From a bacterium (GTDB taxonomy: Bacteria > Bacteroidota > Ignavibacteria > UBA10030), in contig JAZDJN010000025.1 in NCBI GenBank assembly GCA_043803945.1, positions 1 through 56,863 of the forward strand: a stretch of 56,863 bases of DNA, in the 5' to 3' direction. The notes beneath the pieces are model-generated. The model saw nothing but the letters and a program-made list of their open reading frames with translations, had not been told where the DNA came from and searched no databases. A program made the translations under genes and the position numbers. Positions 29,604 to 37,665 of the stretch are shown here, piece by piece. Each line of letters begins with the position of its first letter. The stretch's first letter is position 1.

Positions 29604-30227
29604 ATGATATTCCATAAGGTTTTGGATGTACTCCTCTCGACGTGGTCTCACATTGCAGTCTTGCGCGTGTTGCAGGATTCTGTGCATGGGTTGACTGGGA
29701 GAGAAATCGCCCGCCAATCCGGAATGAACCATCGCTCGTGTCTCAGGGCGCTGACCACGCTGGAGGAACTGTCAATAGTACGCCGAATCCGTGGTGGGAG
29801 AGATCATCTCTTTAGTATTAACCGGGAACATCTCTTGATTGCTGAAGGTATTCTCCCATTGCTGGGGCTCGAACGAAAATTCTTCAAAGAATTCACGGAT
29901 GTTTTGAAGCATCTGTGTGGCAACCAGGCAGAGACCATTATTCTCTTTGGAAGCGTTGCTCGCAGGGAAGAGACTGCAGCAAGTGATGTCGATGTCTGTT
30001 TTCTCATTAACAAAGCAGCGGATAAAGAAAAGATTCAGGACATTCTACAGAAAAATTCAAATGCAATGGTGAAGCGCTTTGGAGCGCGTATGTCTCCCAT
30101 CTTTTTTACAAGAAAAGAGTTTTCGAAAAAGGTTGAGCAGAAAGTACCGCTTGTGCAACTAATCCTGAGCGAAGGAATTATTATCAAAGGGAAACAGATC
30201 CGGAGGTCTGTGAATGCCACGTCATAA
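29604..30227 (+). CDS. wHTH plus minimal nucleotidyltransferase (MNT antitoxin)
   Basis: LTGREIARQSG HTH; LFGSVARREETAASDVD. Confidence 0.88.
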   Translation: MIFHKVLDVLLSTWSHIAVLRVLQDSVHGLTGREIARQSGMNHRSCLRALTTLEELSIVRRIRGGRDHLFSINREHLLIAEGILPLLGLERKFFKEFTDVLKHLCGNQAETIILFGSVARREETAASDVDVCFLINKAADKEKIQDILQKNSNAMVKRFGARMSPIFFTRKEFSKKVEQKVPLVQLILSEGIIIKGKQIRRSVNATS

Positions 30228-30452
30228 TCTTCGTACGAAGGAACACCGGTCAAAAACACGGTTCAACCAACTTGAAGATTTAATTGCTCCAGGTGAAGAA
30301 CAACGTAAAGCGATGCACCAATTACGTCGCATTATTGATCATAAAAAAAGGTATCCTATACAGGACAACTGTACACCCGGAAAGATGTTGATGAGTTATG
30401 GAAACTCATAGAGCGATTTCGTCAATGGGCAATTCAATTGCTGGGGACCTAA
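30214..30452 (+). pseudogene. HEPN-like partner, shortened and frameshifted
   Basis: Overlaps MNT end; LRRIIDHK then, after a shift in the A-run near 30345, KVSYTGQLYTRKDVDELWKLIERFRQWAIQLLGT*. Confidence 0.65.
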
Positions 30453-30703
30453 CAATGAACAATACTCTTCTATAGAAAAATATCCGCTTTGAATCAGTTT
30501 GTTTGTTGAGATTAAAAAAGGAAAAGAAAATAATCTTAAACTCTTGACTTCTGCTTTACGTTCTAGATATACTTGCATCACTAATTCACGTGTTAGCGAT
30601 AGCACGTGTGCTGCTAACAATCTGCTAACAGATCGAGCCCTCTGCAGGGTGTTTTTGAGGAAAAATGTTTTGTTTTTGAATCGGTTTCCTACCAAAGACG
30701 ATT

Positions 30704-30866
30704 TTCAATTTCCATCGGAATTCGATGGTTTCTCAAAGGAGCTGATCAGACAATGGGATCAGCTTTTTGCGTTTATGGGGATGGTTAAGTGGTATGAACA
30801 GAATCCATGGATTGAAGCTGTAGACCATTGACGGTGCTTGGTAGACAGCAATTTCTACGAGTCCTT
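30704..30866 (+). repeat. L-type unit L4 (partial, no tRNA remnant)
   Basis: Direct repeat of 27548-27719 including terminator 30740-30768 and ttggtagaca. Confidence 0.85.
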
Positions 30867-31027
30867 GTATACTGCTTCTCACTCGTATGTTCTGACATTC
30901 TCAAAGATTGTCTTTCGACCATCCTTTCGACTCTCCGTTGTTTCGTATTGACACTAGTTTCAAACATTCCTACATTCGTGCAGTCGGTTTAAAATAAACC
31001 TCCTTTACCTAAACCCTGGAGGACACC

Positions 31028-31654
31028 ATGATACTTCCGCACAAATTATTCGCCCTTCTCGTCTATCTTCTTATTTTATCACTTTTTGTTTGGTCATTCA
31101 GTTTTTCGCAAGTCCGAGATGAAACGGCTCCAAAAGAATCTGGTTCTCCATTGGTGTTTGTAGGTGTATTACTTGCTGTTCTTCTTGTTGTTGTTCTAAT
31201 CATGCCAGGGGATTCACCAGATCAAGATCAAAAAGTCCAGGACATACCAGCCAAGGCTGATGTTCCTCCAATACGCAATATGCAGTTAAAAGTTGATTTT
31301 AAAATGGAGTTCACTTATACCCCAAAACAAGAAGATTCAGTTCGAGTCTTAAGTATTCCGTATTTATTAGAAAGATTAAATTCTATAGGTCAATCGGATG
31401 GCAATAGTTTCACTATCCCGGATGGTGAAGCGACAAATTTTATTCTAACATATACTATTAACCAGGTGGGCCAAATTGGGAATGATAGATATACAGGCAG
31501 TATGACATTGAGCGGATGGGGTTGGGGTACAATTTGTACTATTTCAAGCGGTGAGTACCCTTTCACTAATCCCTTTCATATGCTTAACAAGTTAACAGAC
31601 CAAGCGTATAGTTGGATTCACAATGGCTGGCGCGAAACCCAGACGAATCGATAA
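31028..31654 (+). CDS. Hypothetical membrane-anchored protein
   Basis: GGAGG RBS, signal-like segment plus a second TM helix, soluble C-terminus; no family recognised. Confidence 0.65.
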   Translation: MILPHKLFALLVYLLILSLFVWSFSFSQVRDETAPKESGSPLVFVGVLLAVLLVVVLIMPGDSPDQDQKVQDIPAKADVPPIRNMQLKVDFKMEFTYTPKQEDSVRVLSIPYLLERLNSIGQSDGNSFTIPDGEATNFILTYTINQVGQIGNDRYTGSMTLSGWGWGTICTISSGEYPFTNPFHMLNKLTDQAYSWIHNGWRETQTNR

Positions 31655-31889
31655 ATAAATTGGTCGAAATAAACTTTCACTTCTTTGAAATGCTCGCCAA
31701 CAGCGTTTGATTCTATACCTGAAAAACTTCTTTTCAATTCTCTTGAAATGTAGCTCGGTCACAATCACATAGATATTTTTCATTTCCCAAAAATATCTAT
31801 TATACAGAAACGAGGATAACCAGCTTAGTACCTTTCTGATATAGGCTGCGCTGACAATCAAGACTACCCTGCTATTTCGTTGCCAAACA

Positions 31890-32195
31890 TTCGCCAATCC
31901 TGTCTAAAGTTAACTTGCTGGTTGACTCTCACGAGGATACCAATACCTTCCTTGGTAGACAAACCATCGAGAAAGGTAATTGAGTAGGTTGCACTCAAAA
32001 TTCTATCTCAGTAAACGCCGTAACGGTGTCTATTACATCCTCATTAAAACTTCTGACAGTAAAAACCGATTGAAATCCACCAAGTGCTGTAAGAAATCAG
32101 ATGCTTACTGTTTCCTGAAAGAGTATGAAGAAACATACAGTAAACTAAAGAACTTCCAGATACCCGCCTTCTCCGAGTTTCTAAATGTCTATTAG
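31890..32195 (+). mobile_element. R-type unit R5 with ~70-codon integrase stub
   Basis: TTGACT 31922; LHSKFYLSKRRNGVYYILIK..KSDAYCFLKEYEE..QIPAFSEFL aligns to ORF 443. Confidence 0.9.
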
Positions 32196-32453
32196 TACCT
32201 TCAGTTTTGTTGACTGTACACATAAGTATAGAATACGATGCTCGAACCTGCTTGATAGAATCGGATGATCGGAGTTACTTGATTAGGAGGTCAAGGAAAG
32301 AACATGAGGACTTGCTAAAGGCAGAGGGATAGTCAAGATTGACACTAGCAGTAATCATCGCTACATTTCATCACCTGAAAGAAGTGAACCGGGGCTTCCT
32401 GACCTTGCCCCGAGAACAAACCCAACATTGCGGGTGTAACCTGAGAAAACGGT

Positions 32454-34064
32454 ATGCTACAGTCCTTAAAACTCTATGGGAGATCAAAACAACTTCTCAT
32501 CATTCTTGTCGTTCTGGTCCTTCTCCCTCTTCTATTATACTCCGCGTTTCAAATCAATACGCTGTCAGAGGGAGAGTCGCTCATCCATGAGATCTATAAC
32601 CGTCAACTTGATGCAGTCCTTTTCTCGATTAATCAGTATGCCTGGGATAATGCTGCTCTCTGGCGGGGTGAGATAGAGCAAACCTTTCGCGTTCACCGAA
32701 TATCTGATGTTCAGAAATTGGACTCTCTTTCGAGGGAGTTTTTTCTGCGGAATGCACCACTCCGCAGTATCGTCTTTCTGGATACCAGTTTTACATTGCG
32801 TTCCTTTATCCATACTCCGCGGGAATCGCTCTCCGCTGTCGATCGCCAACACAGAGAATTGCTCCTCCGGACGATGTTGAGCCAGCAACGCGCACGGGTG
32901 GAGAAACTTGTCGATTATCAAAAAATTGGCTACAGAAAGCTTGAGACAGTTATTGTCGACAGTTCTCAGAATCATGCGGACGTTGCGGTTTTCTTTCTCA
33001 GCGAACAATCCGGGGGAACGTCGTTGCTGACCTGTTTTATCTTCAATGTCGAAGCATTCATCACCGAAGCATTGGCATCGAAACTGAATGAAATCGCCGG
33101 GGATGAATTTTCTCTCTCCATCTATTCTCCAACAACTGGCCGACAGATTTTTACAATAGGGGATATTAATGTCCATGAAGTCAAAGAGTCCAAAGCCTTC
33201 TGGCTGTTCCCTTCGTATCATCTGGCGATCCAGCTCCGGGAACAGACGCTTGAAGGATTAGTCAAAGACCGATCACGCCGCAGTCTGCTGCTCATTCTGG
33301 GGGTCGATCTCCTGGTTCTCCTTGGTGCAGGAATTGTGTTCAGAACGGTAAAGAAAGAGATGGTACTTGCCCAGCTAAAGACGGACTTTGTCTCGAATGT
33401 CTCTCATGAATTACGAACCCCTCTCTCGCTCATTCGGATGTACAGCGAAACGCTGCAGATGAACCGTGTTCGTTCGGACGATGAACGACAGGAGTTCTAC
33501 GACACCCTCGTTCATGAATCGGAACGGCTCACCCGGCTCATTAACTCGATCCTCGACTTCTCACGTATGGAATCGGGGAACCATCAATACCGTTTTGAAA
33601 CCATCAATTTAAATGAACTTGTTCAGCACGTGATCGAACAGCTGAAGGTACAGTGGGAACAGGAGGGTGTTTCCTATGAGTGGCGACCCTGTGAAGGGCT
33701 CCGGGAGTTCTCTGCAGACCCGGAAGCACTCACCAGTGTGATTGTCAACCTGCTCGATAATGCGGTAAAATTCCGTGCCGAACAGAAGTGGGTACGAATC
33801 AGTACGGCACAGCATGCCGACACGATCCTTCTTGAAGTGGAAGATCATGGTATTGGCATTGCGCCTGAGCATCAGAAAAAAATATTCCAGAAATTTTACC
33901 GTGTCTCGAGTGAATTGGTACATCGGGTGAAGGGAAGCGGACTGGGATTGACACTTGTGCACCACATTGTTGAAGCACACCACGGAACAATTACCCTGCA
34001 CAGCGTTCCGGGGAAGGGGAGTACATTTCAACTCTCGTTTCCTGTTTCCACACCATTGTCCTGA
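32454..34064 (+). CDS. Sensor histidine kinase (2 TM, periplasmic domain)
   Basis: VSHELRTPL, NLLDNAVKF, DHGIGI, GSGLGL. Confidence 0.94.
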   Translation: MLQSLKLYGRSKQLLIILVVLVLLPLLLYSAFQINTLSEGESLIHEIYNRQLDAVLFSINQYAWDNAALWRGEIEQTFRVHRISDVQKLDSLSREFFLRNAPLRSIVFLDTSFTLRSFIHTPRESLSAVDRQHRELLLRTMLSQQRARVEKLVDYQKIGYRKLETVIVDSSQNHADVAVFFLSEQSGGTSLLTCFIFNVEAFITEALASKLNEIAGDEFSLSIYSPTTGRQIFTIGDINVHEVKESKAFWLFPSYHLAIQLREQTLEGLVKDRSRRSLLLILGVDLLVLLGAGIVFRTVKKEMVLAQLKTDFVSNVSHELRTPLSLIRMYSETLQMNRVRSDDERQEFYDTLVHESERLTRLINSILDFSRMESGNHQYRFETINLNELVQHVIEQLKVQWEQEGVSYEWRPCEGLREFSADPEALTSVIVNLLDNAVKFRAEQKWVRISTAQHADTILLEVEDHGIGIAPEHQKKIFQKFYRVSSELVHRVKGSGLGLTLVHHIVEAHHGTITLHSVPGKGSTFQLSFPVSTPLS

Positions 34065-34075
34065 GAGCAACCGCA

Positions 34076-34762
34076 ATGAAAAAAATACTGGTCATAGAAG
34101 ATGAACCCGCAATGCGACGCGGCCTAAAGCATAATCTTGAACTCGAAGGCTACGAGGTTCGCACCATCGCAGACGGTGAGGCGGGGCTTCGTTCGATTGT
34201 CTCCCAGCCGTTCGATCTTGCGATCCTCGATATTATGCTTCCCCGGATGTCGGGATTTGATCTGTGTAAAGCGGCACGCGCGCAGGGTGTGAAAATCCCC
34301 ATTCTGATGCTGACGGCAAAAGGTGAGGAGGTCGATAAAATCATCGGCCTTGAATTAGGGGCGGATGATTATGTGATTAAACCATTCAGTTTGCGTGAAC
34401 TGCTCGCCCGTGTCAAGGCGCTGATCCGGCGATCGGAAGGGACGTTCAGCGCAGATCCGGAACGGGTCTCTCTTGGCTCTGTGGAGATCAATTTCCGGGA
34501 GTATACAGCGCAGCGTGATGGCATTCCTCTGACGATGACACCAAAAGAAATTGAAGTACTCAGGTACCTCTGGCTGAACCAGAACAAAACAATAAGCCGG
34601 GATGAGCTGTTAACCAAGGTCTGGGGATATGATCAATCCATGAACTCACGCACTGTCGATAATTTCATTGTACGGCTGCGTCACAAACTTGAACATGATC
34701 CATCGCATCCCCGATATATTCTCACCATTCATGGCGTAGGATACAAATTCGTTGTCCCCTGA
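34076..34762 (+). CDS. OmpR/PhoB-family response regulator
   Basis: IEDE, LDIMLP, GADDYVIKPF, SRTVDNFIVRLR, GVGYKF. Confidence 0.95.
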   Translation: MKKILVIEDEPAMRRGLKHNLELEGYEVRTIADGEAGLRSIVSQPFDLAILDIMLPRMSGFDLCKAARAQGVKIPILMLTAKGEEVDKIIGLELGADDYVIKPFSLRELLARVKALIRRSEGTFSADPERVSLGSVEINFREYTAQRDGIPLTMTPKEIEVLRYLWLNQNKTISRDELLTKVWGYDQSMNSRTVDNFIVRLRHKLEHDPSHPRYILTIHGVGYKFVVP

Positions 34763-34889
34763 CGCGGCGTTGACATGACATTCTTTTACAATGTTGGTAC
34801 AGGGAGATGACATCTTCCTGCCCGGAGCATCGTATCTTTGGTTGGAACGATTAATCAATTGATGTTCAACATTGTAAGATGAGGATGCC

Positions 34890-35348
34890 ATGAAACGATA
34901 TGCGATGTTCCTGTTAGGAATCACAGTTGTGGCAACATTGAATGTCCACAGTCAGAATTTTGCCAAGAATGTAATACCCGGTGGAAAGACCTCTGTTCAG
35001 CATCACAATACCTATTCACCGGCGTATTTGCAGAAGGCGAAGAAGCAGTATCTCCAGTGTCTGCGCGAACGCCACGAAGCGATTGTCGAAGCGGCATTGG
35101 CACATGTTGCCTATCTGCGCATTGTAGCCCCGGATGAAAATGTTACAGAGCTCCAGAAACAGATCGCAATACTTGCACGGGATGGTATTACTGAAAACAT
35201 TAAGATCAAAGCGGCCATTGTACAGATCATCTTTACTAATCCGCTCGCGTATGAAAACCTGCTTGAATCGAAAGGCTTGAACAGCAATCAGTTCTTTTCT
35301 GCCTCATGTCAACGAATCATGGCGACGTACTTCGCGGGTCGGGAATAA
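34890..35348 (+). CDS. Secreted hypothetical protein
   Basis: GAGG RBS, signal peptide, helical body. Confidence 0.65.
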   Translation: MKRYAMFLLGITVVATLNVHSQNFAKNVIPGGKTSVQHHNTYSPAYLQKAKKQYLQCLRERHEAIVEAALAHVAYLRIVAPDENVTELQKQIAILARDGITENIKIKAAIVQIIFTNPLAYENLLESKGLNSNQFFSASCQRIMATYFAGRE

Positions 35349-35435
35349 CAACGCATTGATGAATCTCTTGTGCCCTTCTCGGGAAAATACGATGCTCACG
35401 AGAATGATTGTTCGAGAATGAAGGATAGGGATGTC

Positions 35436-36512
35436 ATGAAATACTCTAAACGATGCTGCATCGTGATGGTTCTTGGTCTGATGATCGCCTCCACTTCGGG
35501 ATTGCATGCCCAGGGGTGGAAAGCCTTGCTTGATCTGAGCGGTACCTGGAGGTTCGAGCTCGGTGATAGTGTGAGCTGGAGCAATCCTGCTTATAATGAT
35601 ATTCGCTGGAGCCGTATCGAAGTTCCTTCTCCCTGGGAAGAACAGGGATTTCAGAACTATAATGGATATGCCTGGTACCGGAAACATTTTCGTGTGAACC
35701 GCGACCTTGTGTCTGGCAGGCTGGTTTATTTGTTGGTGGGATATATTGACGATGTCAGTGAAATATACCTCAATGGTCGATTGATTGGGTATGCCGGACA
35801 ATTTCCTCCCAGGTTTACCACAGCCTATACGCGTGCACAGTCATACGTGCTGCCGTTGGAGTTCCTGCACTTTGACCGGGAAAATGTTCTTGCCGTACGG
35901 GTGTATGATTTACGATCGGTCGGCGGTATTACCAGAGGATTGATTGGATTATTTGAGCCCCGGAACTATCCCTCTCCCGATCTCGATCTCAGTGGTCCAT
36001 GGAAGTTTTCGACCGGTGACAACAGAAAGTGGAGGGATGAAGGATTTGAGGATTCAGATTGGGAAGAACTCCGGGTTCCTGGTTTTTGGGATACACAGGG
36101 ATATCGGCATTACGATGGTTATGCCTGGTATAGAGTCAGGTTTAAGCTTCCTGAACAGCTCAGACATCAATCGCTCACAATGCTCGCGGGGAGGATCGAT
36201 GACTTCGATGAGGTGTACGTTAATGGAACCCTCATTGGCAGAACGGGGGATATGAGTTACGGTGTTGATCCATCCCGAGTACGGGAGGATTGGAAAAAGC
36301 TCCGCGCGTATGAGATACCGAGAAATCTTCTCCACGCCGAGGGAGAAAATGTCATAGCCATTCGGGTACTTGATGCAATTCTCCATGGTGGCATTTATGA
36401 CGGACCGGTGGGCCTTGTTCGCACCAGCAGATACAAGCAATGGAACAAAGAGAATGCTCCGCAGTCCAAATTTTGGGATTGGTTCAAAGATATTTTCTTA
36501 GAACCGATGTAA
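35436..36512 (+). CDS. Secreted tandem galactose-binding jelly-roll (GH2 sugar-binding-like) protein
   Basis: Two repeats of DLSGxWxF..VP..W..Y.GYAWYR..IDD....NG..ENV.A.RV.D; no catalytic barrel. Confidence 0.85.
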   Translation: MKYSKRCCIVMVLGLMIASTSGLHAQGWKALLDLSGTWRFELGDSVSWSNPAYNDIRWSRIEVPSPWEEQGFQNYNGYAWYRKHFRVNRDLVSGRLVYLLVGYIDDVSEIYLNGRLIGYAGQFPPRFTTAYTRAQSYVLPLEFLHFDRENVLAVRVYDLRSVGGITRGLIGLFEPRNYPSPDLDLSGPWKFSTGDNRKWRDEGFEDSDWEELRVPGFWDTQGYRHYDGYAWYRVRFKLPEQLRHQSLTMLAGRIDDFDEVYVNGTLIGRTGDMSYGVDPSRVREDWKKLRAYEIPRNLLHAEGENVIAIRVLDAILHGGIYDGPVGLVRTSRYKQWNKENAPQSKFWDWFKDIFLEPM

Positions 36513-36561
36513 TTATTCTCAATAGAAATTTTCTGATATCCATATCACCCCAGCTAACCTT

Positions 36562-36596
36562 GTAAGAGGACTCCTTTCTGCTGGGAGAGTCTTTTT
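36562..36596 (+). terminator. Probable intrinsic terminator
   Basis: gactcct..ggagagtc stem followed by ttttt. Confidence 0.45.
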
Positions 36597-36806
36597 CCTT
36601 TCGCACTGATACTATCAGTAGTTCTACTGATGCTAAAATCTGTAGTTGTCCGGTTTGAAATTTATGTGAGACCTTACCAGTTTCCCATATAGTAGAGGTA
36701 CCTGTTGATAGTGAAACAACTCTGCAAGGAGACTGCAATGAAAACAATTCATTCCCCCAGAGCTTTCTCCCTTCCCTTGGTACACATAACGGTATGGAGT
36801 TATCAG

Positions 36807-36990
36807 GAATTCGAAATTCGGAATGTTGAATTCGGAATTCCCCCGCTTGCCCCGACTTGTCTCGATGTATTGTATCGGGATGTTTTTTATCGGGGAGATT
36901 AATCGAGGGATAATGTGGAGAAGCTGATCTATAACAGCATCACCTTTCTGAGTTATAAGGGATACCTTTGCACTGAATTCTCAGGATTCA
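36807..36990 (+). repeat. Degenerate L-type unit L5 with nested palindromes
   Basis: GAATTC-GAAATTCG-GAATGTT-GAATTCG-GAAT, aagctgatc, cactgaattctcagga. Confidence 0.7.
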
Positions 36991-37302
36991 AGGTCCAAGC
37001 AGAGCGCAGGTAATTTGCCAGACGGAACAGCCTTTATGGTAAATAATCCTTCCGGAAACCAGGATCGGATTCCGCTTGCAATAACATTAAGCAAGGATGG
37101 ATTTCTGTTTGATAAAGCGTACCTAGTGCGCAGTGGAGGAGAAGATCTTCAACACTTACGGTATAAAGGAAAATATAAAAGGGCAGGTTATAGTTATCCG
37201 AAAAGTGTCCTCTGGGGTGATTATCTCTATATCTCGTATGCAACCAATAAAGAGGATGTTGAATTAACGAGAATCCCGATTGATAGTTTGTTGTATCAGT
37301 AG
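36985..37302 (+). pseudogene. C-terminal fragment of a sialidase-like BNR propeller
   Basis: DSRSKQSAGNLPDG..RIPLAITLSKDG..F..YSYP..YATNKEDV; fused straight onto L5, no start. Confidence 0.7.
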
Positions 37303-37360
37303 GTGTGAAGAGCCATTCAACCCGATTGAGTCACAGTAAAGAACCCAATGAGAGAGTTTT

Positions 37361-37417
37361 CTCCCCCTTTCATACCGGATTATGTTAGGAGAAAAGGGGG
37401 AGATTAAAGAGGGGGTT
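37361..37417. repeat. REP-like palindrome
   Basis: ctccccctt..aagggggag followed by agaggggg. Confidence 0.55.
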
Positions 37418-37427
37418 CAAAAATACA

Positions 37428-37600
37428 GAATGGCGAATGTTGAATGCGGAATACATCCCGCTTGCTCCGGCTGTTTATGTCGGGGAGTGAAAACGCTGGT
37501 CTAAAGTTAGATCAGCTTTTCCCGACACTGAATTCTCAGAATCCATCGTATCAAACTGTGTAATACCTTCCGGTTTGTTAATCAGTTTGGGTGACACTTC
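37428..37600 (+). repeat. Degenerate L-type unit L6
   Basis: GAATGGC-GAATGTT-GAATGCG-GAAT, terminator 37490-37520, cactgaattctcagaatcca, boxes at 37575 and 37587. Confidence 0.75.
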
Positions 37601-37665
37601 TTATCTTTAATGAAGTTTGTTCTAAGAAATATTTTTATATATAATATTGGATAAGGAGATTAACA

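Noticed and set aside
30499-30831. 110-aa ORF
   Set aside because: Reads through the L4 non-coding repeat and terminator; no RBS or motif
32380-32450. Riboswitch upstream of the kinase (gggtg..ctgaga)
   Set aside because: The remaining TPP aptamer elements are absent and the gene context does not fit
37-37600. Classical integron or CRISPR array as the explanation for the repeats
   Set aside because: No intI or cas genes, no attC-like R/L box palindromes recognised, and repeats are long, kb-spaced and tRNA or integrase derived
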